Source: Bacteroidales bacterium
GTDB lineage: Bacteria; Bacteroidota; Bacteroidia; Bacteroidales; VadinHA17
Reading direction: 5' to 3'
DNA length: 64,000 nt
NCBI GenBank assembly: GCA_016936435.1
Contig: JAFGXX010000061.1
Location: 2,841 to 66,840 of the forward strand
Part shown: one piece after another, positions 36,317 through 45,473 of the stretch
Position numbering within the stretch: position 1 is the stretch's first letter
Layout of the letters: each line of letters starts with the position of its first letter
Notes under the pieces: generated by a model
Told to the model about the DNA's origin: nothing
What the model saw: only the letters and a program-made list of their open reading frames with translations
Database searches by the model: none
Position numbers and translations under genes: made by a program

Positions 36317-37792
36317 TTAATATGATCTGGCGAAGAGGACTCTTCTTTTTGAAGGTTTTCCGGAATATATACACTTTCCCTCTTCTTCGGGCGAGTCGAA
36401 AGGTATGCACCTTATCGTTGCTTTTGTTTCTTCCTTTATTTTTTCTTCTGTCTCGGGAGTGCCATCCCAGTGAGCCATTATAAAACCGCCGCTGTTATCA
36501 AGAACTGAAATAAAATCTTTCCAGTCCTCGACATAAAATGTGTTTTTGGTCCTGAATTCAAGGGCTTTGTTGTAAATGTTTTTCTGGATATCCTCAAGCA
36601 GGGCCGAGATACGTTCAACCACACCATCATTTCCAACCACTTCCTTTTGAAGAGTGTCTCTCCTTGCTATTTCAAGAGTGCCGTTTTCAATGTCCCTGGG
36701 GCCAATTGCGATTCTTACAGGCACGCCCTTCAGCTCATAATCTGCGAATTTCCAACCGGGTTTGTTGGTGTCACGGTCGTCATATTTAGATGATATTCCT
36801 GCATTTTCAAGATCATTCTTAATCTTCATGGCTGTTTGCGAGATCATTTCAAGCTGCTCATTATCCCTGTATATCGGGATTATGACTACCTGCAGAGGGG
36901 CCAGCCTGGGCGGCAGAACAAGTCCGTGATTGTCGGCATGAGCCATAATAAGCGCTCCGATAAGCCTTGTCGATACGCCCCATGAAGTAGCCCATACATA
37001 ATCGAGTTTTCCGCTCCTGTCGGTGAACTGGACATTAAAGGCTTTAGCGAAGTTCTGACCCAGAAAATGACTTGTCCCTGCCTGCAGCGCCTTGCCGTCC
37101 TGCATCAAAGCTTCTATGGCATAGGTGTCGATGGCGCCGGCAAAACGTTCCGATTCGGTCTTGTAACCCTTGATTACGGGAAGCGCCATGTAGTTTTCGG
37201 CGAAATCGGCATATACATTTATCATTCTGACTGTTTCTTCTTCAGCTTCTTTGCGTGTGGCATGAGCTGTGTGTCCTTCCTGCCACAGGAATTCGGCCGT
37301 TCTCAGGAACAACCTGGTCCTCATTTCCCATCTGACAACATTAGCCCACTGATTTATCAGTATAGGGAGATCCCTGTATGATTGGATCCAGTTCCTGTAT
37401 GAATTCCAGATTATCGTTTCCGAGGTCGGACGGATTATCAGCTCTTCCTCAAGCTTTGCCGTTGGGTCTACTGTCACACCACCTCCCGAAGGATCATTTT
37501 TAAGCCTGTAATGTGTTACGATGGCACATTCCTTTGCAAATCCCTCAACGTGTTTTGCCTCCCTGCTGAAGAATGATTTCGGGATGAAAAGTGGAAAATA
37601 GGCATTTACGTGACCAGTTGCCTTGAACATCCTGTCGAGCTCTGCCTGCATCTTTTCCCAAATCGAATAGCCGTAAGGCCTGATGACCATACAACCTCTC
37701 ACTGCCGAGTTCTCGGCCATCTCAGTCTTGATCACCAGATCGTTATACCACCGGGCATAGTTTTCATCCCTTTTCGTTAAAAATTTAGCCAT
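36317..37792 (-). CDS. proS: Proline--tRNA ligase (archaeal/eukaryote-like type, no editing insertion)
   Basis: 491 aa with '[30 protein letters not shown]', class II motifs and a C-terminal '...VLFARSY'. Confidence 0.95.
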   Translation of the reverse strand: MAKFLTKRDENYARWYNDLVIKTEMAENSAVRGCMVIRPYGYSIWEKMQAELDRMFKATGHVNAYFPLFIPKSFFSREAKHVEGFAKECAIVTHYRLKNDPSGGGVTVDPTAKLEEELIIRPTSETIIWNSYRNWIQSYRDLPILINQWANVVRWEMRTRLFLRTAEFLWQEGHTAHATRKEAEEETVRMINVYADFAENYMALPVIKGYKTESERFAGAIDTYAIEALMQDGKALQAGTSHFLGQNFAKAFNVQFTDRSGKLDYVWATSWGVSTRLIGALIMAHADNHGLVLPPRLAPLQVVIIPIYRDNEQLEMISQTAMKIKNDLENAGISSKYDDRDTNKPGWKFADYELKGVPVRIAIGPRDIENGTLEIARRDTLQKEVVGNDGVVERISALLEDIQKNIYNKALEFRTKNTFYVEDWKDFISVLDNSGGFIMAHWDGTPETEEKIKEETKATIRCIPFDSPEEEGKCIYSGKPSKRRVLFARSY

Positions 37793-37916
37793 AATTCCGG
37801 TACGCTGTTTGTGTTGTTAAAATGTGTTTTATGAACCGGTAAAAATAGACAAAATCTTAACTCGTAAACAAAAAGTTCTTTTTCAGATGATTTTCTGAAT
37901 TGAGGGCAAAAAATGT

Positions 37917-37924
37917 TAAATTTG
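37917..37924 (+). promoter_or_regulatory. Candidate -7 box (TAAATTTG) for the low-complexity lipoprotein gene
   Basis: Exact TAnnTTTG match 85 nt upstream of the ATG at 38009. Confidence 0.35.
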
Positions 37925-38008
37925 ATACCTGGTTTATTTTAGTAATTCGCCGATGCTTATTTGGTACAATATTTGCTTTATATTAAGAAACAAAAGAGGG
38001 AATCAAAC

Positions 38009-39343
38009 ATGAAAGCATTAAATTACATAACAGGTCTTGCTCTTCTGGTTTTAATGTCTTGTTCTTCAGGTCTTTATACCGGAGTAGAGTATGATGATCT
38101 TTACTATCAGCCCGGCGATCAGGTTGTGACAAGGATAAAAACACCGTCAGGGATGAATATCACTGAGGGGAATCTCAGGTCGCAGGAGTATTATGATAAC
38201 ATATATGCTGCCGACACCCTGGTTATGGAAGAATACAATGATGCCCTGGCTTATGACAACCCCGCATACCAGCAGAATATTTACAATTATTACGACAATT
38301 CCTACTATTCGGGTCGCCTGAGGAATTTCTACGGTAATTATTTCTATCCGTACTGGAGAGATCCTTACTACTATTCAGGATGGGGATATCCCTACAGCAG
38401 CTATGGATCTTATGGTTATCCCTACAGCTACTATGATCCCTTCTTATATGATTACTACGATCCCTTCTATTACGGTTACGGATACGGCGGATACGGCGGA
38501 TGGCCTTATTACAGCGGGTTCTACAGCGGATTCTACGGAGGACTTTACACACCTTACCTCGGATTCAGCGCATATTACAATCCTTATTACTACAACAGTT
38601 ACTATTCATACAGGTATAACGACCAGTACAGCAACATCGCTTACGGCAGGAGAGACAGACAGAGCAATTTTTCATCTGGATGGAATACAAGAGTCCCTGT
38701 CACTGCAACAGGCAGAAGAGATTCTTACCTTTCAACATCCCGCAGCTCCGATATCTCATCAAGAAGGGTGGCAACCGACGCTGTTACCGGAAGAACTCCT
38801 CCTGTCACCAGTGCCGTGAGAAGCAGCGTTAGCAGCTCTGATCTGAAATCAACACAGGATGTTCCGAAAAATGCTGCAACAACTCCAAGGAGTGTCGATA
38901 CCAGGAGCCCTGTCTCAACAAGGCCCTCATACAACAGTGTCGACAGAACATATACTCCCAGCTATAACAACCCGCGGATGAGTACCAGGCCTTCCTACAA
39001 CACAAGCAGGCCCAATACCAGCCAGGGTACAACGGTTACACCGCAGAGAAGCACACAGAGAAACTCCTACTCCTCGGGGCAGACGAGAACAACTCCTTCA
39101 TATAACACTACCAGAAGCTATTCGGCTCCTTCGAGAAGCACCAGGAGCAGTTCATCGACTTACACTCCAAGGACAAGCTCACCATCAAGCCGTTCATCAT
39201 ATAGCTCAGGATCATCAGGCTCCATGTCGAGAAGCAGCTTCTCAGGTTCCTCGGGTAGCAGCTCCTCGGGTTCTTCATCATCTTCCTCCTCAAGATCATC
39301 ATCATCATCTTCAGGAAGCTCATCATCGGGAGGAAGACGGTAA
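38009..39343 (+). CDS. Low-complexity lipoprotein: Tyr/Gly/Pro-rich middle region and Ser/Thr/Arg/Pro-rich tail ending in poly-Ser
   Basis: Signal peptide with lipobox 'LALLVLMSC'. Tyr-rich run 'YYDPFYYGYGYGGYGGWPYYSGFYSGFYGGLYTPY'. Four 'PSYN' repeats. Tail 'SSGSSGSMSRSSFSGSSGSSSSGSSSSSSSRSSSSSSGSSSSGGRR'. The ORF track begins at 37961; the ATG at 38009 places the signal peptide at the N-terminus. Confidence 0.65.
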   Translation: MKALNYITGLALLVLMSCSSGLYTGVEYDDLYYQPGDQVVTRIKTPSGMNITEGNLRSQEYYDNIYAADTLVMEEYNDALAYDNPAYQQNIYNYYDNSYYSGRLRNFYGNYFYPYWRDPYYYSGWGYPYSSYGSYGYPYSYYDPFLYDYYDPFYYGYGYGGYGGWPYYSGFYSGFYGGLYTPYLGFSAYYNPYYYNSYYSYRYNDQYSNIAYGRRDRQSNFSSGWNTRVPVTATGRRDSYLSTSRSSDISSRRVATDAVTGRTPPVTSAVRSSVSSSDLKSTQDVPKNAATTPRSVDTRSPVSTRPSYNSVDRTYTPSYNNPRMSTRPSYNTSRPNTSQGTTVTPQRSTQRNSYSSGQTRTTPSYNTTRSYSAPSRSTRSSSSTYTPRTSSPSSRSSYSSGSSGSMSRSSFSGSSGSSSSGSSSSSSSRSSSSSSGSSSSGGRR

Positions 39344-39429
39344 GTAAGGGTTTCTGACATAAACAGATTCTTTGAAATCACATTCTGCCTGCAGAGTGGC
39401 AGGATGCTTTTACGGAAATATTTAAGACA

Positions 39430-40923
39430 ATGAAAAGGACAGGTTTATTAATAAGTTTACTGATAATTGCATTCAGTACCTTGACAGCTCAGAATGTTGA
39501 CGACGCCCTGAGATATTCACAGATCTTCTATAACGGAACAGCAAGATTCAATTCCATGGGAGGAGCGTTTACTGCTCTCGGAGGGGATATCTCCTCACTT
39601 GGTCAGAATCCGGCCGGGCTGGGAGTCTTCAGATCATCAGAATTCTCAATATCACCACAACTTGTGAACTTCAGGGCCGACACACGTTTCGGAGGTAACA
39701 GTGAAGAAGACTATATATATGATTTCACACTTGGACAGGCAGGGGTGATCCTGAACCTGAGAAATAATAACACAACCACAGGCCTTGTATCCCTTAATTT
39801 CGGATATTCATACAGCAGAACCAACAGCCTGAGCGAAAGCATCAGGATTAGCGGAACCAGTTCCAGCAGTTCATTGCTGGACCTCTGGGCCGAGAAAATC
39901 GACGGACTTGTCGATACCTCCCTCTATAAATATTATGATATAGCCGATGCCTACCTGGGCTGGTATACTTATCTGCTCGATACACTCGCCGGAACCAACG
40001 ACCAGTATGGAACAGTATACTCGGATTATGGCAGCTTCCCACCGGTATATGGCCAGAATATGATGAGACTTATTAATAATAACGGTTATACAGGTGAACA
40101 TTCAATAGCTATAGGCGGAAATTATTCCAATAAACTGTTCTTCGGACTTTCACTCGGCATTATAAATGTAGAGTATGAAAACAAGTATGAACATATTGAA
40201 TCTACCGACGAAATACTGCCTTCAGAATTTAAGGACTTCAACTATGCATTGTATTACAAAAATACCGGCACAGGCTATTCCCTGAAATTCGGAGGTATTT
40301 ATGTGCCTGTCGAACAGCTTCGTATAGGGTTTTCCTTTCATTCTCCAACACTGTTCAGGATAAGTGAGTATGTTTATGATAACCTCTATACCCATATCAA
40401 CGGTATAGAAGACAGCAAATCGAATGATCCGATGTGGTACAAATATTCTCTCACCACGCCTTTCAGGGCAACTGTTGGTGGCGCATTCCAGTTCAGAAAA
40501 ATAGGAGTCATTAGCGCTGAATATGAATTTGCTGATTATGCCATGGCCAGGTTTTCAACTGTAGGCGACGATGATTATGATTACACCCAGAAAAACGATG
40601 CTGTCAAACAAAGCCTCAGTAGTGTAAACAACTTCAGAGTTGGCGCCGAAGGAAGGATGGGAAGGTTCTACCTGCGGGGAGGTTATGGTTATTACGGGAA
40701 AGCTTACCAATCAGGTGAACTGAATGAAAATACATCCCATAACTCCTATTCACTCGGAGCAGGTTTCAGAGAACAAAACCTGTTCATAGACTTTGGCTTC
40801 ACCACAATTACGAATCCTCAGAAATATATTCTTTATTCAACATCAACGGATACTCCTGTAGCTAACATGGATATCAACAGAAAGATTTTTACGGTTTCTT
40901 TCGGATATAAATTCGGCTACTAA
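39430..40923 (+). CDS. Outer-membrane beta-barrel protein, FadL/OmpP1/TodX-like
   Basis: 497 aa with signal peptide 'LIIAFSTLTAQ' and N-terminal 'DALRYSQ...GTARFNSMGGAFTALGGDISSLGQNPAGLG', which is typical of Bacteroidota FadL-like barrels. C-terminal 'FTVSFGYKFGY'. Confidence 0.6.
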   Translation: MKRTGLLISLLIIAFSTLTAQNVDDALRYSQIFYNGTARFNSMGGAFTALGGDISSLGQNPAGLGVFRSSEFSISPQLVNFRADTRFGGNSEEDYIYDFTLGQAGVILNLRNNNTTTGLVSLNFGYSYSRTNSLSESIRISGTSSSSSLLDLWAEKIDGLVDTSLYKYYDIADAYLGWYTYLLDTLAGTNDQYGTVYSDYGSFPPVYGQNMMRLINNNGYTGEHSIAIGGNYSNKLFFGLSLGIINVEYENKYEHIESTDEILPSEFKDFNYALYYKNTGTGYSLKFGGIYVPVEQLRIGFSFHSPTLFRISEYVYDNLYTHINGIEDSKSNDPMWYKYSLTTPFRATVGGAFQFRKIGVISAEYEFADYAMARFSTVGDDDYDYTQKNDAVKQSLSSVNNFRVGAEGRMGRFYLRGGYGYYGKAYQSGELNENTSHNSYSLGAGFREQNLFIDFGFTTITNPQKYILYSTSTDTPVANMDINRKIFTVSFGYKFGY

Positions 40924-40943
40924 AGCTTTGTTTGACTTCCTTG

Positions 40944-40976
40944 AAAAGAGCTGCTCCCTGTTGGGCGGCTCTTTTT
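40944..40976 (+). terminator. Hairpin terminator between the convergent OMP and wbqC-like genes (likely bidirectional)
   Basis: AAAAGAGCTGC-loop-GCGGCTCTTTTT, an A-run / stem / T-run arrangement. It overlaps the wbqC-like stop codon. Confidence 0.6.
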
Positions 40977-41607
40977 AATTATCCTGTTTTTCAGGATGAC
41001 CTTTCAGATAATTCAATGACAAGGGCCCCGTATTGAATATCAGATCAATTATACTCAAACGACCTGCCATTTCATCACCAACATTAAAAACTTTTGTGTA
41101 TGGTTCCGCCTGGTAATTCACGGGTTTCTTAGGACTTATCTTATACCTGAAATCAAAGGGCTGAACATCAGGAGGCTCAAATATTTCTGTATAGGACACT
41201 TTGACTTCAAGTTTTATCATTTTCAGAACGGATTCAAGCAAATACATGTTCAAATCGAGGAGATACTTATGCCCTGCCATGATTATATCTTCGATATCCT
41301 GATGATAATAGAGATAATATGGTGACGACCGGTATGCCGACATAATGGCTCCCCTGTGAACCTGTTGCCAGCGCCTGGAATAGTCTATTCTGAGATCTTT
41401 TACCGGTGTTTTGTGGAAACTGCCGAGGCAAACCGGTACCGTAAGCAACTGAGGACCTGATGACCCGGTTATGTAACAGCGGTTCCTGTAAGTCTGTTTA
41501 ATATAATTTTCTTCTCTCTCAATAAGTACTTCATCTGCTGAGGTAATCACGTTAAAATACCCGGCAGGAGGGAGATAAGCAGTTGAGAGCAACACTCTTC
41601 CCGACAT
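40975..41607 (-). CDS. WbqC family protein (function unknown)
   Basis: 210 aa with 'LLSTAYLPPAGYF......IEREENYIKQTYRNRCYI', characteristic of WbqC-like proteins. It starts 6 nt downstream of larB. Confidence 0.75.
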   Translation of the reverse strand: MSGRVLLSTAYLPPAGYFNVITSADEVLIEREENYIKQTYRNRCYITGSSGPQLLTVPVCLGSFHKTPVKDLRIDYSRRWQQVHRGAIMSAYRSSPYYLYYHQDIEDIIMAGHKYLLDLNMYLLESVLKMIKLEVKVSYTEIFEPPDVQPFDFRYKISPKKPVNYQAEPYTKVFNVGDEMAGRLSIIDLIFNTGPLSLNYLKGHPEKQDN

Positions 41608-41613
41608 ACCAGT

Positions 41614-42363
41614 TCACTTCATCCTGTTGATCATGCTTGCAGAGAAGCCGGCGCCGAAGCCATTATCAATGTTCACAACCGTAACACCCGACGAACAGCT
41701 GGTAAGCATTGCCAGCAGTGCCGAGATGCCTCCGAAATTTGCTCCATAGCCAACGCTTGTCGGGACCGCTATCACCGGTTTGTCAACCAGTCCGCCCACA
41801 ACACTTGCCAGGGCTCCTTCCATTCCTGCTATCACGATTATAACCCTGCAAGTCCTGATCTCCGGAAGCTTGTCGACCAGTCTGTGAATACCGGCTACAC
41901 CTGCATCATAGATCCTTACCACATGGTTGCCCAGCAATTCTGCCGTTACTGCAGCTTCTTCAGCTACAGGGATGTCGGAGGTGCCTGCAGTTATTACGGC
42001 AATTTTTGATTCAGGCATTTCAGGTTTTTTCTTCTGAACAGAGATTATCCTGGCTTCAGGATAATACACGGCTTTTGCTGTTAATTTTTTCACAGCACGG
42101 AACATTTCCTCCGTTGCCCTGGTCCCGATAACGTTGTTCTCCTTTTTTATCATCACCCTGAAGATGCCTGTGACCTGGTCTGTTGTTTTTCCTGCACAAT
42201 AGACAATCTCAGGGTAACCGGTACGGATCTCCCTGTGGTGATCTATCCTTGCAAATCCGAGGTCGGTATAGGGGAAGCTTTGCAGCTGCTCAAATGCATC
42301 TTCGACACTTACAGTGCCTTTTTTAACATCGTTAAGCAGTTTTTCAATTTCCTTGCCTGTCAT
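41614..42363 (-). CDS. larB: Nickel-pincer cofactor biosynthesis protein LarB (AIR-carboxylase-like)
   Basis: 249 aa with 'DLGFARIDHHREIRTGYPEIVYCAGKT' and the PurE-like 'AVITAGTSDIPVAEEA...IVIAGMEGALASVVGG'. Confidence 0.85.
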   Translation of the reverse strand: MTGKEIEKLLNDVKKGTVSVEDAFEQLQSFPYTDLGFARIDHHREIRTGYPEIVYCAGKTTDQVTGIFRVMIKKENNVIGTRATEEMFRAVKKLTAKAVYYPEARIISVQKKKPEMPESKIAVITAGTSDIPVAEEAAVTAELLGNHVVRIYDAGVAGIHRLVDKLPEIRTCRVIIVIAGMEGALASVVGGLVDKPVIAVPTSVGYGANFGGISALLAMLTSCSSGVTVVNIDNGFGAGFSASMINRMK

Positions 42364-43163
42364 TTTGTATAATTTTCCGGATTCATACTACCAGTACGGT
42401 AACCTTCCATGTCCAAAGATATATATCTGAAGCCTAATTTCTTCAGGTCAGCCACAATCTGATCTTTTTCAGGGTCGTTTATGATCCTTGTAAGATAACC
42501 CGGCATGCATTCGATCCTGGCCACATCGCCGTGAATCCTTACCCTTGTTCCCGGGTAACCTTTGAGAAGCAAATAATCCTCTGCATTTTCTATCATCTTA
42601 AGCAGGGCAGGTGTTATCTCAGTCTCATACGGGATCCTCGTCAGGAGACATGCCATTGCGGGTTTATCCCATATCTGCAAACCTTCCTTCAGGAGAAGCT
42701 TCCTTATTTCATCTTTCGACAAGCCGGCCTCGGCAAGAGGGCTTCGTACCGAGAGTTCTCTCAGAGCCCTGATCCCGGGTCTTATTTCTCCTGAATCGTC
42801 AGCATTTGTTCCGTCGAGAAGGACCGGATAACCCATAGAACCGGCAAATTCGGCAATCTTTCCGAAAAGTATCTTTTTACAAAGGTAACAACGGTCTCTG
42901 GGATTGTGTCTTATCATTTCATCGAATCTCATCTCCAGAACCCTGTGTTCCATATGATAGTCGGCGGCAAATTTTACAGCCTCTCTGACTTCTCTTTCCG
43001 GTATGTAAGGAGTGCTTATCGTTACGGCGATCATCCTTGGCTTTTTAAGCTTCGTAGCCATGTACACAAGAAAAGAACTGTCTACGCCACCCGAAAATGC
43101 TATCACTGACGGTTCCAGTTCACTTAAAATTGAAATCAGCCTTGATGATTTTAATTCTGTCAT
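42360..43163 (-). CDS. larE: ATP-dependent sacrificial sulfur transferase LarE (PP-loop ATP pyrophosphatase)
   Basis: 267 aa with the PP-loop 'AFSGGVDSSFL' and 'DGTNADD'. It overlaps larB by 4 nt. Confidence 0.85.
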   Translation of the reverse strand: MTELKSSRLISILSELEPSVIAFSGGVDSSFLVYMATKLKKPRMIAVTISTPYIPEREVREAVKFAADYHMEHRVLEMRFDEMIRHNPRDRCYLCKKILFGKIAEFAGSMGYPVLLDGTNADDSGEIRPGIRALRELSVRSPLAEAGLSKDEIRKLLLKEGLQIWDKPAMACLLTRIPYETEITPALLKMIENAEDYLLLKGYPGTRVRIHGDVARIECMPGYLTRIINDPEKDQIVADLKKLGFRYISLDMEGYRTGSMNPENYTK

Positions 43164-43169
43164 TAGATA

Positions 43170-44333
43170 CTAAACAATCGCAGCCATGATTTTGTTGTAT
43201 ACCTCTTTTACGGGAAGATTGTTTTCTCCTGCTATCCTTTTACATTCATCGTACTCCGGTTTTGCAGAAACCTGCCTGCCTTTGAAATAAGAGCGCTTCA
43301 CGGTCACGGGTCCGTAAACTGTTTCAACAGTATCAAATTTTCTTTCAAGAGTATCTTTTCTGAATGGAATAGTCCTTAATCCTACAGACGTTGACTCACT
43401 GAAGATTATTTCCTTAACAGCTTCTTCTTTTCCTGTTTCGCAGATGACACTGAGCAGATTTCCCGGTCTGCCTTTTTTCATAATGATATTTGTAATATAT
43501 ACGTCCGATACCCCTGCTCCTTTAAGTCGTTCCGTTATGTTATCGAAGAATTCGGGTATCATATCGTCTATGTTGCATTCAATCAGCAGCGCATCGTGAC
43601 CGGTTTCTGTCTTCTCAGGCTCTCCCAGGAACACTCTCAGAAGATTTGGTACGTCGGGGTGCTCCCTGTGACCTACGCCATAACCTGTTTTATGTATCTT
43701 TATGCCTGTCAGAGGTCCGAACCTGTTTCCCAGCGTTGCGACTATCGCAGCGCCTGTTGGCGTGGTAGCTTCAAAATCCACACCCCCGGTCCTGACAGGT
43801 AAACCTTTGATGATCTCTGCCGTTGCCGGTGCAGGAACAGGAAGAGTGCCATGGGCACATTTAACAAATCCGCTTCCCAGTTCCACCCTCGAAACATGAA
43901 CCTCATCAACTTCAAGAGCATTGAAACAGATCGCAGCGCCAACAATATCAACAATTGAATCTACAGCTCCCACTTCATGAAAATGAACCAGTTCGACCGG
44001 TATCCTGTGAACAAGTGATTCTGCTTCGGCAACTTTTCTGAATATCCTGAGACTGAGCTCCTTCGTTTTTTCGTCGAGTTCCGATTTGTTTATAATCTCT
44101 TCAATATCACCGAGGTGACGATGGTGATGCTCATGAGAGGTGAGTATGACACTAACCTTCGTACCGTGTATACCATGCCTCTGGTCTTTTTCGGCTTTTA
44201 ATTTCCATCCATCAAGTTTAAGCTTCCCGAGTTCGTTTTCAAGATAAGAGATGCTGACACCGAGATCTGTCATTGCACCAAGGTTCATATCACCGCTTAT
44301 TCCCGAAAAACAATCATAATAAAGTATTTTCAT
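43170..44333 (-). CDS. larC: Nickel insertion protein LarC (pyridinium-3,5-bisthiocarboxylate mononucleotide nickel chelatase)
   Basis: 387 aa with 'ILYYDCFSGISGDMNLGA', a His-rich stretch 'SHEHHHRH' and 'HFHEVGAVDSIVDIVG'. Confidence 0.85.
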   Translation of the reverse strand: MKILYYDCFSGISGDMNLGAMTDLGVSISYLENELGKLKLDGWKLKAEKDQRHGIHGTKVSVILTSHEHHHRHLGDIEEIINKSELDEKTKELSLRIFRKVAEAESLVHRIPVELVHFHEVGAVDSIVDIVGAAICFNALEVDEVHVSRVELGSGFVKCAHGTLPVPAPATAEIIKGLPVRTGGVDFEATTPTGAAIVATLGNRFGPLTGIKIHKTGYGVGHREHPDVPNLLRVFLGEPEKTETGHDALLIECNIDDMIPEFFDNITERLKGAGVSDVYITNIIMKKGRPGNLLSVICETGKEEAVKEIIFSESTSVGLRTIPFRKDTLERKFDTVETVYGPVTVKRSYFKGRQVSAKPEYDECKRIAGENNLPVKEVYNKIMAAIV

Positions 44334-44545
44334 TGTTATAAAGTTAAAATTGTATAGAGTAAAATATTAAATTATGTTAAAAATACATCCTCTTCAACCT
44401 GCTAATATAGCATTAAGCACGCAATTTGATCAACTTTAAGGTACATGTATGTATAATGTGATTCAGGGTACTTATGTAATATATTATGAAAAAAGTATTA
44501 TTTTTCGACAGTTTTTCAGATACTCCTAATTAATCAGTCATCATT

Positions 44546-45466
44546 ATGAAAAGAAGGGATTTTTTAAGAAAATCAGCAGGGGCCGGACTGGCGGCAGGAG
44601 CGGCATTAAGTCTGGGAGGATACAGTAAACTATGGGCCACGGCGCCTTCGGGAGCAAAATATGATATGGTCGCTGTAATGGGAGGCTCTCCCGAAGCTAT
44701 GTTTGACCTGGGTATCCAGGAACTGGGAGGGATGGGAACTTTTGTGAAAAAAGGACAAAGAGTTCTGCTTAAACCCAATATTGGATGGGACAGGCCACCG
44801 GAAATGGGGGCTAATACAAATCCTGCCCTCGTGTCAAGAGTAATTGAACATTGCCTCAGGGCAGGAGCAAAAGAGGTTTACGTGTTTGACCATACCTGCG
44901 ACAACTGGGTGAACTGTTACAGGAATTCGGGTATTGAAAAAGCTTCAAAGGATGCAGGAGCTAAAGTTGTACCCGGAAATTCAGAGAATTATTACCAGGA
45001 AGTCGAGATACCGGGAGGCCTGAAGCTTAAGAAAGCAAAAGTTCATGAACTCCTTTTTGAAACGGACGTGTTTATAAATATCCCCGTGCTTAAGGATCAT
45101 AATTCCACAAGGATGACTGCCTGTATGAAAAATATGATGGGTGTAGTGTGGGACAGGGGATTCTGGCACAGGAACGACCTTAACCAGTGTATCGCTGACT
45201 ATGCCCTCTTTGAAAAGAAACCTGCCCTTAACATCCTTGATTGTTACAATGTTATGGTCAAGCACGGTCCTATGGGAGTTTCAAAGGAAGATATTGTTCA
45301 GATGAAATCCCAGATCATTTCAACCGACTGGGTAGCCTGCGATGCTGCTGCAACCAAAATGCTGGGAGTCGATATCGCGAAAATAGAATACATAGCGCAT
45401 GCCCATAAAATGGGCCTCGGCAATATGAATCTCGACAGCCTGAACATCAGAAGAATTAAAATGTAA
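44546..45466 (+). CDS. Tat-exported DUF362 domain protein
   Basis: 306 aa with the twin-arginine signal 'MKRRDFLRKSAGAGLAAGAALSLG'. DUF362-type core 'VLLKPNIGWDRPPEMGANTNPALVSRVIEHC' and 'NIPVLKDHNSTRMT'. Confidence 0.75.
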   Translation: MKRRDFLRKSAGAGLAAGAALSLGGYSKLWATAPSGAKYDMVAVMGGSPEAMFDLGIQELGGMGTFVKKGQRVLLKPNIGWDRPPEMGANTNPALVSRVIEHCLRAGAKEVYVFDHTCDNWVNCYRNSGIEKASKDAGAKVVPGNSENYYQEVEIPGGLKLKKAKVHELLFETDVFINIPVLKDHNSTRMTACMKNMMGVVWDRGFWHRNDLNQCIADYALFEKKPALNILDCYNVMVKHGPMGVSKEDIVQMKSQIISTDWVACDAAATKMLGVDIAKIEYIAHAHKMGLGNMNLDSLNIRRIKM

Positions 45467-45473
45467 ATCCACA

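Noticed and set aside
38223-39381. Alternative-frame and antisense ORFs over the low-complexity gene, including the acidic 'DDELPEDDDDDLEEEDDEE' ORF at 39160-39381 (-)
   Set aside because: These are a compositional artefact. Runs of TCN/AGC Ser codons stay open in other frames and read as Asp/Glu on the opposite strand. Only the + frame starting at 38009 has a signal peptide/lipobox and a promoter box.
44486-44533. 15-codon ORF (MKKVLFFDSFSDTPN) in the larC/DUF362 divergent spacer
   Set aside because: It is too short and lies in AT-rich DNA, where such ORFs arise by chance. It has no signal or leader-peptide features that I can support.
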